DNA of 64,000 nucleotides from a virus. Taxonomy: Duplodnaviria; Caudoviricetes. The stretch's first letter is position 1. Each line of letters starts with the position of its first letter. Where the stretch lies: IMG/VR virus record IMGVR_UViG_2693429820_000003; one strand, given 5' to 3'. Below, in pieces: positions 27,626 through 37,578 of this stretch. The notes below the pieces were generated by a model. The model was given only the letters and a program-made list of their open reading frames with translations, searched no databases and had not been told where the DNA came from. The translations under genes were made by a program, and so were the position numbers.

Positions 27626-29374
27626 ATGAACCCGTTGCTCAGTGAGTTCATTTCCACTGCGGACACTCGTTACGATGACGACTCGTCCGAAACTTCAATG
27701 TCCGAATGGGTCATCAAAAACACGCGTCTCAAGCGCAAGCCCTACAGCTTCAGAGGCTATGAGTTCCAGCAGAAGATCATCGACGACCTGCACCAGAACC
27801 TGTGCTGCATCAAATGCTCACAGGTCGGCCTCACCGAGAGCCAGCTGCGCAAGTACCTAGGTTGGCTGCGACGCAACCCTGGCACCACCGGCATCTACAC
27901 GATGCCCGACGACAAAATGCGGGACCGTGTTTCGCAGACGCGCGTCAAGCCGCTGATCACGACGGAACCGGTGTTCAACCCTCCGCGCGGAGACAGCCCT
28001 GTCAGGCAGAAGGGCATCTATCAGATCGACGATTCCTTCGCCTATTTCACCGGAAATACCGAGGGTGACGCGACCTCGATCCCTGCCGACATCCTCGTTC
28101 ACGACGAACTGGACCTCTCGGACCAGGAGAACATCGGCCTCTTTCAATCCCGCCTGCAGAACTCCGACTTCAAGATCCGCCAGACTTTCTCGACCCCAAC
28201 CTTTCTCGGGTTCGGGATCGATGCCATGTTCAACCTGTCGGACCAGTGGGAGTTTTTCACGCGCTGCCCCGGCTGCAGGCAGCATCAATTGCCAGAATTC
28301 CACCTCCGCCACATGCACCTTCCAGGTCTCCTCAAGAAGGAAGACGACCTGACCAAGCTGACGGCCGAGGACATTGGCCGGATCGACATATCCCAAACCT
28401 ATTGGCGCTGCGAGAAGTGCTCGACCCAGCTCCATCTTGGTGACACCAGCATCCGTGAGTGGGTCGCCAAGCATCCGAGCCGCACCCAGAACCGTGGATA
28501 TCGCGTCCGACCGACGTCCATCGATCGCATCACGATCCCTTACATATTCCAGCGTCTGGTGGAGCATCAGCGCCTCGACAATATGAAGGGCTTCTTCAAC
28601 ACGGTGCTGGGCGAGGCCTATAACGATTCCAACGCTCGGATCAGCGAGGCTGACATCAAGGCCTGCATGGACAGCCCCGGCGAGCCCTCCGACAACATCA
28701 ATGAGCCCTGCACCATTGGTATCGACCAAGGCAACATCTGTCATATCACGGTCGGGACGCCAACGCGCACCCTGCTCCACACCCAGGTCCCGCGCAACGA
28801 ACTGAAGGATAAAGTCCTCTATCTCTTGAAGCGCTTCAACATCGTCAGCGGCGCGATGGACCGTTATCCCGACACAACGCTGGCGGAGTCGATCCGCGAC
28901 CTTGAAGGATACAAGGGCATCATTTGGCCAATTCACTACGGAACAGCAGCCAATAGTCCCTTCCTGAAGGAGACCAAGGATGAGTTCGACGAGATCACCC
29001 ACTGGGTAGCCCATCGTACCAAGACCCTGGATCAAGTCGCTACTATCATCCGCAACCATAAGCTTTCGCTCAATGGCTTCGGTCATCACCAGTCTCTGCT
29101 GATCAACCACCTGCGTGGCATGTTCCGTAAGGAAGCACCCGACATCCTTCCGGTGTGGGAGAAGCTCACCGAGGAAGATCACTTCTTTCACTCACTGGGT
29201 TACATGCTGCTCGCACGTCGCCTTGTCGACGTCATCTTTCACAATAGCGAGCCTGAACTCAGGTCCAACGCATTGCTGATCGGCGGTACGACTTCAATCG
29301 TACCCGACCTCTCCCCAAATTCGCTGAACAGACGCACCCCCCGGTCGTCATTAGGAATGCTGACGGTTGCTTGA
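27626..29374 (+). CDS. terL: Terminase large subunit, GpA family
   Basis: KCSQVGLTE Walker A, HDELD, STPT, CPGC/CEKC, FFNTVLGE, GIDQG, DHFFH. Confidence 0.92.
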   Translation: MNPLLSEFISTADTRYDDDSSETSMSEWVIKNTRLKRKPYSFRGYEFQQKIIDDLHQNLCCIKCSQVGLTESQLRKYLGWLRRNPGTTGIYTMPDDKMRDRVSQTRVKPLITTEPVFNPPRGDSPVRQKGIYQIDDSFAYFTGNTEGDATSIPADILVHDELDLSDQENIGLFQSRLQNSDFKIRQTFSTPTFLGFGIDAMFNLSDQWEFFTRCPGCRQHQLPEFHLRHMHLPGLLKKEDDLTKLTAEDIGRIDISQTYWRCEKCSTQLHLGDTSIREWVAKHPSRTQNRGYRVRPTSIDRITIPYIFQRLVEHQRLDNMKGFFNTVLGEAYNDSNARISEADIKACMDSPGEPSDNINEPCTIGIDQGNICHITVGTPTRTLLHTQVPRNELKDKVLYLLKRFNIVSGAMDRYPDTTLAESIRDLEGYKGIIWPIHYGTAANSPFLKETKDEFDEITHWVAHRTKTLDQVATIIRNHKLSLNGFGHHQSLLINHLRGMFRKEAPDILPVWEKLTEEDHFFHSLGYMLLARRLVDVIFHNSEPELRSNALLIGGTTSIVPDLSPNSLNRRTPRSSLGMLTVA

Positions 29375-30833
29375 CGGCCTGCTGAACATCATTCTACCCA
29401 AGAAGAAAGCCCCGAATGGGGGCGTCAGCAACACTCCGACTTTCCAACCCGACCAAAAAGACCAGGTGCTTACCGTCCCGCAGTACCGGGACCATCTGAC
29501 CGATCTCTTCACGTCCCGTCAGGCGAACAACAGCCAGGACCTTCTCAAGGCGCTGTTCCGCCAGGACCCCGACGTATCCGCGACCGTCAACGGCTACTTG
29601 ACGCTCGCGAACACCGAAATGGTGATGTGGGCGACTGACGCTCAGGGCGCTGTCGACCGCGACGCGAGCAATGCTCTCGCCACGCTGGTCACGCGCCTCA
29701 CGCGACAGGTCGACTACACACTCGGCTTCCAGCTCAAGCAATCGATTTACCAGCTCAACGCCGACCTTCGATACATGCTTCTCCTTCGCGGTGGTATCGG
29801 CGCGGAGTTGGTATTTGATAAGGCCCAGCTCCCTGACAGCATTCGTCAGGTCGACCTGGCATCAATCCGTTGGTACGAGAAGGCCTCGGGTGTCTATAAG
29901 CCGGGGCAGTCCGTCCAGGGTCGGGGCGACCCTGTGATGCTCGATACCCCGGCTTTCTTCGTCTCGTTCTACCGCCGGGACCCGACGACGATCTACACCG
30001 ACTCCACGTTCATCGCCGCGATCAATACCATTGCTGCGCGTCAGCAGGTCATCAACGACCTGTACCGGATCATGCAGATCACCGGCTTTCCTCGCATGGA
30101 CATCAAAGTCCTTGAGGAAGTGATCATCAATCGGGCACCGGCAAACATCAAAGCCGACCCAACCAAGCTGCGTGAGTTCGTCAACAACCAGGTTGCTGCG
30201 ATCCAGTCGACGTTCCAGAGCCTGCGTGCCGACCAGTCGGTGGTCCACACGGATTCCGTCGAATTCGATATCCTGAATGGCAGCTCGGCCGCTGTGGCTC
30301 TCGACGTAACGAACGTTGTCGAGACCCTAAACGCTCAGAACCAAGCTGCGCTCAAGACGATGGCAACCGTCCTCGGTCGTGGCAGTGCCGGCGTCAACAC
30401 CGGCTCAGTCGAAGCCCGGCTGGCCGCCATGTACGCCGACGAGTTGAACGAGCCGTTGGCTGAGATGTACGAGAAGATGTTCTCGTTCTGCCTCCACCAG
30501 CAGGGATTCCAGGGCTTCGCCAACGTCAAGTTCCGTCAGGCTGAGCTACGCCCGGACCTTGAGCTGGAGACAATGCGCCAGATCAAGACCGCTCGTATGC
30601 GACAGGACCTGTCGGACGGCATCATCACCGACATTGAATACGCGCTCGAGATGTACGGGCGCCTACCGAATCCAACCGCGCCTGAGCTGTCGGGCACTGG
30701 CTTCATGACGCCAACGCCCACGGCCGCTCCCAACGCTGCTGACATCTCCCCGAACACCGACCCACTCGGTCGCTCGCTAACCCCGGGCAAAACCGGCGCG
30801 ACGAAGACTAACCTGCCTAAGAGGAAGTCCTGA
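29367..30833 (+). CDS. Portal protein
   Basis: 488-aa helical protein directly after TerL. Confidence 0.75.
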   Translation: MLDGLLNIILPKKKAPNGGVSNTPTFQPDQKDQVLTVPQYRDHLTDLFTSRQANNSQDLLKALFRQDPDVSATVNGYLTLANTEMVMWATDAQGAVDRDASNALATLVTRLTRQVDYTLGFQLKQSIYQLNADLRYMLLLRGGIGAELVFDKAQLPDSIRQVDLASIRWYEKASGVYKPGQSVQGRGDPVMLDTPAFFVSFYRRDPTTIYTDSTFIAAINTIAARQQVINDLYRIMQITGFPRMDIKVLEEVIINRAPANIKADPTKLREFVNNQVAAIQSTFQSLRADQSVVHTDSVEFDILNGSSAAVALDVTNVVETLNAQNQAALKTMATVLGRGSAGVNTGSVEARLAAMYADELNEPLAEMYEKMFSFCLHQQGFQGFANVKFRQAELRPDLELETMRQIKTARMRQDLSDGIITDIEYALEMYGRLPNPTAPELSGTGFMTPTPTAAPNAADISPNTDPLGRSLTPGKTGATKTNLPKRKS

Positions 30834-31159
30834 TGCCGATATTTCGCGACGCGGCCTGGGGGCAACGTCTCATCCTGCAGGATCTCACCGGCGACCCAAT
30901 CAACCTAACGGGCGTCCCGCTGCGGATGCAGTTTCGCGAGTATCCGGATCACCCCACCGCTTTGATCGACATGTCGACCGCGAACGGGCTGTTGAGTACG
31001 AGCGCCAACCCAACGGGAGGCGTTGTCGACGTTCATCTCGGCCCCAGCGATACGGCGACTCTCCCCAAGATCAGCTTGTATTGGGACCTCATCCGCACGG
31101 ACACCAACGTCCCACTTTGCGGAGGTCGCGTTCTCGTTGACCAGGTGGTGACGCGATGA
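30833..31159 (+). CDS. Small beta-rich virion protein (fibre-anchor-like)
   Basis: PINLTG...MQFR...WDL pattern of Ig/BppU-like anchor domains; coupled to fibre gene. Confidence 0.55.
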   Translation: MPIFRDAAWGQRLILQDLTGDPINLTGVPLRMQFREYPDHPTALIDMSTANGLLSTSANPTGGVVDVHLGPSDTATLPKISLYWDLIRTDTNVPLCGGRVLVDQVVTR

Positions 31160-33024
31160 GCGATCTCGTTGTCACTTATACCACGAACAATGTCGTCGTC
31201 ACCGGCATCTACGGCGCCGCCGTTGGCATCCAGGGCCCGGCGGGTCGAGCCGCAATCTACGGCGCGGGAGCACCCGGTCCAACTGTTGGCGAAAACGGGC
31301 TGTTCTACATCGACCACACCAACTGGCGGATGTACGGCCCGAAAGCCGGAGGTGTTTGGCCAGCTCCGGTTTCGTTAATCGGTCCAGCGCACTGGTTAGG
31401 GGCGTCCGCTACGGCCCCAACCGTCAACCTTGCTGGGGCCCCGCTCGTCGCTGGCGACATGTACTGGAGCACTGCCACCAGCAAATGGCGATCGTGGACG
31501 GGTACCGCTTGGGTCGACATAGATGCGGGCGCAGTAGCAGCTCGCAACGCGGCTGAAGGCTTTGCGACTAACGCCGCCGCCAGCGCTTCCCAAGCGGCGA
31601 CTGATAGAACTGCAGCCGCTGGTTCTGCATCGTCCGCGTCCACCTCGGCAACAACCGCCACGAACGCAGCTACAACCACATCCGCTGACCGTGTTGCCGT
31701 CGCGGCAGACAAATCGACGGTGGCTGCTGATAAGGCAACAGTCGCCGCTGATAAGGCCACGGTCGCGGCCGACAAGGCCACCGTCGCGGGCGACAAGACC
31801 GCTGCAGCAAACTCTGCGACCGCCTCGGCCAATTCTGCAACCGCCTCGGCCGGTTCTGCAACCGCGTCCCAGAACAGTGCGACAGCCGCCGCCGGTTCAG
31901 CGACGGCTGCGAACACTTCATGGTTGCAGATAGATAAGCGCAATCTGGGTGCCAAAAGCTCCGCCCCCACGCTCGATAACCAAGGCCAGGCCCTCGTCGC
32001 GGGCACGGTTTATTTCGACAGCCCCACAAGTACGACCAAGGTCTGGACTGGATCAGCTTGGATACTTGCTGCGTCAGCAACTGCTTTGGACCGGTCAGCA
32101 AATCTCAGTGATCTTTCCAATGCAGACACTGCACTCACCAATCTGGGTGCCACCACTGTAGGCAAGGCGCTTCTCAAGGCTGCAACCGTAGCCGCCCAGC
32201 GGGTAGCGTTGGGCTTCACTACTGCCGGCTCGACCCTAGTCCAGGCGGCCGACACAGCCGCTCAACGGGCTGTTCTGGGCTTTTCGACGATCGGCTCCAC
32301 CTTCATTCAAGCTGCTGATGCGGCAGCGGCGCGTGTCGTACTCGGCATCACTTCCGTTGGCTCAGCACTAGTCACGGCGGCCGACGCGGCAGCGGCGCGT
32401 GTCGTACTCGGCATCACTTCCGCCGGCTCGGCCATAGTCACAGCGGCTGACGCAGCCGCGCAACGTACCGCGCTGGGCATTTCCGCTGCTAACACCCCAT
32501 CCACCGCCACCGGCAACATTGCCGCGACTAACGTGCAAGCAGCGCTTGCAGAATTGGACAGCGAAAAGCAGAATCTTCATAACAATTTGACGGCGCTGGC
32601 TGGGCTCACGCTAGCTGCCAATAAGTTGCCCTACGCAACTGGCGCTGGTGCACTATCTTTGGTCGATCTCACGGCTTTCGTTCGCACACTGTTGGATGAC
32701 GCCGACTCCGCCGCGTTTCTGACAACACTTGGTTTCGTATTCTCGATGGGGGCAAACGGATATGTCAAGTTCCCGAATGGCCTTCTCATCCAGTGGGGAT
32801 CGCAGAGCGGCGGCACAGGACTGGTCGATACCTACTACCCCATCGCATCCCCAAACGTCATGGCGATATTCACGACGATTACAGGTGCCACCGCCTCAAC
32901 CGTAACGGCGAACGTTTATGACCGATTCGCCACATACTTTCGCTGCTATCGTCGCGTCCAGACCTCGGGAGCCATGGGCGACGCTAGCGAAACGTTCTTC
33001 TTCCTCGTAATTGGAAGTACATGA
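31156..33024 (+). CDS. Fibre protein
   Basis: Ala-rich coiled repeats, NLSDL motif, C-terminal NGYVKFPNGLLIQWG tip domain. Confidence 0.85.
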   Translation: MSDLVVTYTTNNVVVTGIYGAAVGIQGPAGRAAIYGAGAPGPTVGENGLFYIDHTNWRMYGPKAGGVWPAPVSLIGPAHWLGASATAPTVNLAGAPLVAGDMYWSTATSKWRSWTGTAWVDIDAGAVAARNAAEGFATNAAASASQAATDRTAAAGSASSASTSATTATNAATTTSADRVAVAADKSTVAADKATVAADKATVAADKATVAGDKTAAANSATASANSATASAGSATASQNSATAAAGSATAANTSWLQIDKRNLGAKSSAPTLDNQGQALVAGTVYFDSPTSTTKVWTGSAWILAASATALDRSANLSDLSNADTALTNLGATTVGKALLKAATVAAQRVALGFTTAGSTLVQAADTAAQRAVLGFSTIGSTFIQAADAAAARVVLGITSVGSALVTAADAAAARVVLGITSAGSAIVTAADAAAQRTALGISAANTPSTATGNIAATNVQAALAELDSEKQNLHNNLTALAGLTLAANKLPYATGAGALSLVDLTAFVRTLLDDADSAAFLTTLGFVFSMGANGYVKFPNGLLIQWGSQSGGTGLVDTYYPIASPNVMAIFTTITGATASTVTANVYDRFATYFRCYRRVQTSGAMGDASETFFFLVIGST

Positions 33025-33509
33025 CCGTGCTGATGACGATCGACGCCGAAGGGCGACCAACCGGCTTCTACGTTCCCGAAATTCATGGTAACGCCATCCC
33101 TTCGGGCGCTATTGAGATTACCGAAGCACAGTGGCGAGAGGCACTGAGTAATCAAGGCCGACGTTTATGGAACGGCTCCGCTCTCATTGAGTGTGATCTA
33201 CCTCCATCGACCCCCTTACCCATTGAACTGATCGGGGCCATTTCACGCCGCCAGTTCGCAAAAGGGCTCGCGCACCATGAGTTCGTGGCACAGGAAGAGG
33301 CCGAAGCATTCCTAACTGTTGGCACGTTGCCAGCAGCGTTTGCTACCATGGTCGCTTCATTGCCACCCGAAGAGCAGTTCGACGCGCGAATGGATTTGCA
33401 GGCAGCAACCTTCGAACGCAATCACCCTTTGGTCTCAGTGTTCGGTTCTGCTCAGGGCATGACTGAAGTGCAGATAGACGATTTCTGGCATTACTGCTGG
33501 ATGCTCTGA
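33021..33509 (+). CDS. Fibre assembly chaperone-like protein
   Basis: GFYVPEIHG.AIPSGAIEIT..QW; ISRRQF; FERNHPL. Confidence 0.7.
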   Translation: MTVLMTIDAEGRPTGFYVPEIHGNAIPSGAIEITEAQWREALSNQGRRLWNGSALIECDLPPSTPLPIELIGAISRRQFAKGLAHHEFVAQEEAEAFLTVGTLPAAFATMVASLPPEEQFDARMDLQAATFERNHPLVSVFGSAQGMTEVQIDDFWHYCWML

Positions 33510-33522
33510 TCTCAGCACATTA

Positions 33523-33538
33523 TAACACGGCATAACAC
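33523..33538. promoter_or_regulatory. Late-region motif TAACACGGCATAACAC copy 1
   Basis: Identical 16-mer at 39606-39621. Confidence 0.65.
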
Positions 33539-33604
33539 AGCACTGATTGATAGCCCCAGTCCTGATCCTACGTGAGCAGCAGCCCGTAGTTTCAGGATTT
33601 TTCT

Positions 33605-34696
33605 TTGAAGCAGATTCCGATTACCGATGCCATTCGAACACAGCTGATCGCAGCTGTTGGCGATGATGACATCGAAGTCAATAACCTTGCCGTGTACGAG
33701 GCGACTGCCCTCAACACGAAGCCCATTCGGAAGAACCACCCGCTCTATAAGGGTGCGCATCACTCCACACAGTTCCTGCACGAAATGTCGAACCAGCTCG
33801 CTCTAGAGAGCTTGCCGCTCCATATCATGCACAACACGTACACCGGCGAGCTGCCTCTCGGTCGCGTATTTCACAGCGAAGTGCTCAACGGCGACGAGCT
33901 TCGCGTTCTCTTCTGGGTCGACAAGACGAATGAAGACGTCGTCAAGCTGATCGACAACAGCACGGTCGATCAGGTGTCCGTCTCGGTTCTGCCGAAGGCG
34001 GCCACCTGCAACATGTGTGGTTTCGACTTTCTCGGCTCGGAAGCGACGCTCGACCACTTCTACTCAGGAACGGACCCGAAGGGTCACGTGATGGGTGAGA
34101 ACGGCGCGCACGTCAACCTGCACAACCTCGATCAGTGGTTCGAGATGAGCCTCGTCAATCGAGGTGGCGCCACCGGTGCGCGCATCGCGAACCGCAAGTC
34201 CTCCCACTTCAGCGAAGCACGCCTGGCCGCAAGCGGCCCGGCAGCCTTGCTGGCGACTTTGAACCTCTCTGAAAGCGATTTGGAGACCCCCGGCATGGAT
34301 ATGGAAAAATTTCTGGAAGGCCTGACGAAGACGACTGCCGATCTGGCACTCGCCCAGGCCTCCAACACGAGCAAAGACGGCGAGATCACCGTTCTAAAGG
34401 CGAAGGTCACGGAGCTTGAAGCGAAGCTCTCCGATGCCGCGAAGGGCGAAGACTTCAAGAAGACCGCCGAGAGCCTCGTTGCTGCTCTGACGTCCGCCGT
34501 CAAGAAGGCGCTGACCCTGACTGGTGATGCCACCACGCAGATCCCGACCGAAGTCCCTGCACTCATCACGCTCGCCGCCGAGAAGATCGAAGGCCTGAAG
34601 CTGAACGTCGCCGGGGCGCAGTCTGAATCCGCTGACGCCAACGACGGTGACAAAGCCGTCCGTATGAATTTCGCCGCTTTCAAGCGTCGCTCGTAA
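33605..34696 (+). CDS. Prohead protease / scaffold
   Basis: H..LPLGR, VSVS, EMSLV..G pattern plus C-terminal coiled coil, upstream of capsid genes. Confidence 0.75.
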   Translation: MKQIPITDAIRTQLIAAVGDDDIEVNNLAVYEATALNTKPIRKNHPLYKGAHHSTQFLHEMSNQLALESLPLHIMHNTYTGELPLGRVFHSEVLNGDELRVLFWVDKTNEDVVKLIDNSTVDQVSVSVLPKAATCNMCGFDFLGSEATLDHFYSGTDPKGHVMGENGAHVNLHNLDQWFEMSLVNRGGATGARIANRKSSHFSEARLAASGPAALLATLNLSESDLETPGMDMEKFLEGLTKTTADLALAQASNTSKDGEITVLKAKVTELEAKLSDAAKGEDFKKTAESLVAALTSAVKKALTLTGDATTQIPTEVPALITLAAEKIEGLKLNVAGAQSESADANDGDKAVRMNFAAFKRRS

Positions 34697-34713
34697 TCCA
34701 AGGAGCTTCATAG

Positions 34714-35160
34714 ATGTCTACGGCTTTTCACACCGGCGTCAAAACTGAATCGTTCTTCGATGAGGTTTGGATTCGAACGATGAATTTGGCTGCGGCGATC
34801 ACCGTTGCCGACGTCGGCAAGGCGCTCGCGATCGACGCGAGCGCAGCCAACACCGCGAAGCTCGCCGGCACCGACGATCACGTGATCGGTCGCCTCGAAA
34901 CCTTTGAGGATCGCCAGACGGGCAAGGTTGGTGCCGTTTCTCGCAAGGGCCAGTTCAGTCTGCCGAAAACCGGCACCGTCAACGTTGGCGATTCTGTCGT
35001 TGGCAATGGCTCAGGCGTCGTCAAAGCCGCCGTCGTTGTGACCCCCACCACCGCCACCCCTTTCACCGCCGCGCAGACGAACAACCTGCGCGCCGTCGCG
35101 ACGAACATCGTCCTCGAGGTCAACAACACGGCCAACACCGTCGTTGTTGAACTCAAGTAA
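34714..35160 (+). CDS. Head decoration protein
   Basis: 148-aa beta-rich protein between protease and capsid. Confidence 0.65.
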   Translation: MSTAFHTGVKTESFFDEVWIRTMNLAAAITVADVGKALAIDASAANTAKLAGTDDHVIGRLETFEDRQTGKVGAVSRKGQFSLPKTGTVNVGDSVVGNGSGVVKAAVVVTPTTATPFTAAQTNNLRAVATNIVLEVNNTANTVVVELK

Positions 35161-35177
35161 TCTGGAGACAACATCTT

Positions 35178-36377
35178 ATGGCTTCGATCATCCACCCGCT
35201 GACTTCGATCCAGCGCGTTGCTCCGGAAGAACTCCTGGGCGGTTTGCGTGTCGACAACGCCCATAACTCCCGAGACGCCGGCCAGAAGCTGCTCTCGGAA
35301 GCGGCCAAGTACGGTCTCGCGATGCGCGACTACCTCCGCCTCGCCATCGACCCGTCCAAGTCGAACGAAAAAGACAAGTACGAAGGCCTGAATGGCTACG
35401 AGGCCGCGCTGGCTTACCTCCAGTTGCCGCTGAACGACGACTTCGACGGCGGCATTGTGCTCGACCTTGCGTCGGACACGTTCAACACCTATCCGGGCAC
35501 CCGCGCGCTGTTCCCGGAAGTCGTCGACGATCTCGTCCAGTGGAAATACCGCCAGGACAACATCGAGAACGTCGGCGCCCTCGTCGCTTCGTCTCGCACG
35601 ATTAACGGTACCGAATTGATCACGACAGTGGTCGATGACAAGCCGGGTGACTACCAGGGTACAGGCGTCATCGCGGAAATGGCCAACATTCCGGTTCGCT
35701 CCATCCGTACAAGCGATCACAGCGTTAAGATGTACAAGATCGGTGGCGGCTATCGTACCTCGTACGAATTCAGCCGTCGCGCCCGTCTTGACCTCCTGAC
35801 GCCGTACGCCAACCGCATTGCGCGCGAACTCGAAATGTCGAAGGTCGGACATGCGACCAACCTGCTCATCAACGGTGATGGCGTTCAAGCCGCCGCCCCC
35901 GTCGTGAACCAGTCGGCCTTCAACGGTGTCAACATCGGCAACTCCACGAACAGTCAGCTGAGCTACAAGCACCTGCTGAAGTGGTTTGTGGCCCGTGCCA
36001 AGGCCGGCGTTCCACTGGACACGGTCGTCGGTAACTGGGACGCGTATGTGGACTGGCTGCTCATGTTCGCCCTGCCGATCTCCGACAATCGGGATCGGAC
36101 GGCAGCCGAAAACCTCGCGCGTTCCGGCTTCCAAATCGGCGGCGTACCGATCCTCAACGGTCAGGTGAACTTTGCCTTGTCCTCGACGGCCGCCAACACC
36201 CAGCTGATCGGCATGACCAAGGGTGAGACCTTGGAAGAGCTGAAGGAAGCGGGCTCCATGATCCAAGAAGCAGACCGCGCGGTCGGCAACCAGACGGTCT
36301 CCTACTACAAGACCGAAGTCACCGGCTACCGACTGGTCTTTGGTGATACCCGCGAAATCTTCAACTACGCCGCCTAA
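35178..36377 (+). CDS. Major capsid protein
   Basis: 399 aa, position, GGAG RBS, HK97-like IAEMANIP..K.GG...SYE, downstream terminator. Confidence 0.85.
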   Translation: MASIIHPLTSIQRVAPEELLGGLRVDNAHNSRDAGQKLLSEAAKYGLAMRDYLRLAIDPSKSNEKDKYEGLNGYEAALAYLQLPLNDDFDGGIVLDLASDTFNTYPGTRALFPEVVDDLVQWKYRQDNIENVGALVASSRTINGTELITTVVDDKPGDYQGTGVIAEMANIPVRSIRTSDHSVKMYKIGGGYRTSYEFSRRARLDLLTPYANRIARELEMSKVGHATNLLINGDGVQAAAPVVNQSAFNGVNIGNSTNSQLSYKHLLKWFVARAKAGVPLDTVVGNWDAYVDWLLMFALPISDNRDRTAAENLARSGFQIGGVPILNGQVNFALSSTAANTQLIGMTKGETLEELKEAGSMIQEADRAVGNQTVSYYKTEVTGYRLVFGDTREIFNYAA

Positions 36378-36387
36378 AGGCAACATT

Positions 36388-36413
36388 GAGCCCCGGCGAG
36401 CCGGGGCTCTTTC
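36388..36413 (+). terminator. Terminator after capsid gene
   Basis: GAGCCCCGG-CGAG-CCGGGGCTC-TTTC. Confidence 0.65.
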
Positions 36414-36427
36414 ATATGGAGCGAACT

Positions 36428-36853
36428 ATGATTTTGGTGGAAACCGCCGGCAACTTCCAGCTTATGGACCCCATGACGGGGGCGGTCATTCGGCACGAAG
36501 GCTACACCTGCGTACCCAATTCGTCCTTCATCGGTCAGAGGATTGCCCTCAATCAGGCCCATGTTGTGGCAGAGGTCAACAACGACGCCACGGATGCGGA
36601 CTGGCGCGACACTGTCGAACAGAGCAAGGGCGACATCGAGTTGGCCATCGCAGCGTTTGTGGCTGAATTCCCCGTTCAGGGTAAAACGGAGGAAGCTGCC
36701 AAACTGAAGGCTGAGGCTGATGAGGCTGCAGAGGCCGCCCGCCTCAAGGCCGAAGCTGATGAAGCTGCCCGCCTCAAGGCTGAGGCTGAGACGAAGGCTA
36801 AAGCCGAGGCGGAAGCCAAGGGTCGAGGCAAACTCAGCCTCCCGAAGGGTTGA
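36428..36853 (+). CDS. Hypothetical virion-associated protein with AEADEAARLK repeats
   Basis: GGAG RBS; C-terminal Ala/Glu/Lys repeats. Confidence 0.65.
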   Translation: MILVETAGNFQLMDPMTGAVIRHEGYTCVPNSSFIGQRIALNQAHVVAEVNNDATDADWRDTVEQSKGDIELAIAAFVAEFPVQGKTEEAAKLKAEADEAAEAARLKAEADEAARLKAEAETKAKAEAEAKGRGKLSLPKG

Positions 36854-37578
36854 TTAGCGTGGATGTGTTGGTCGGTACCGCCGCATCCATCTCCTTCCTC
36901 TTGCAGAGCCCGACTGGGGCTCTGCCTGCCGATGTCGGCAGCGTCACATGGTCTCTGTATGGCGGCAATGGCGCGCGGATATCTGGTCCAACTGCCATCA
37001 CCACGGCGGCGATGCAGTCGGAAGTAATCGTTCCGCTCGCGCCCAGTGACCATACGATTACTGCTCCTGCACGTTTCGAGCGCCGCACAGTCGTCCTCGA
37101 CTGGCAGACCGATGGTGTTTCCCACACCTCCCGGCAGACTTACCGTGTCCTCCCCTTCCTGAATACCTCCGCCAACGCGGATGCTGTCCGCACCCTGCTG
37201 GCGTTGACGCCAGACGAGCTTCGGGATGAGGAGGTCGATATTGTCCGTGCTTATTTCCAGATTGAGAGTGAGGTTACTCAGGCCGTTCTGGACGTTGGCC
37301 TGTCCTCTGGCACTCTCATAGAGTTCTCGCTCAATCAGGCAATTGTCTGCGAAGCTGCTCTACCCTGCCTGAACACGATTGAGCTACGTGCCGCAGCTGT
37401 GAACACGGATGGTGTCCAGAAGTTTGAGCGTTACAAAAGTGGCATCGACTTCGATGCCCTGCGCGCTCGGGTCCAAGGTATGAAGTTAGAAGCCCTCGAT
37501 AGTGCCGCTGGCATCGAGATCGACGACCCGACCCTGGTCGTCCTGACCCAACCAACGGATGTGATCACAGGTGCGTAG
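36850..37578 (+). CDS. Putative head-tail adaptor
   Basis: Synteny; coupled ORF. Confidence 0.55.
   Translation: MISVDVLVGTAASISFLLQSPTGALPADVGSVTWSLYGGNGARISGPTAITTAAMQSEVIVPLAPSDHTITAPARFERRTVVLDWQTDGVSHTSRQTYRVLPFLNTSANADAVRTLLALTPDELRDEEVDIVRAYFQIESEVTQAVLDVGLSSGTLIEFSLNQAIVCEAALPCLNTIELRAAAVNTDGVQKFERYKSGIDFDALRARVQGMKLEALDSAAGIEIDDPTLVVLTQPTDVITGA

Noticed and set aside
27857-29191. 444-aa minus-strand ORF
   Set aside because: Antisense shadow of terL with no motifs
31156-33024. Diversity-generating retroelement target in the fibre gene
   Set aside because: No reverse transcriptase and no adenine-variant template repeat seen in the window
34878-36386. 502-aa minus-strand ORF
   Set aside because: Antisense shadow of the capsid and decoration genes
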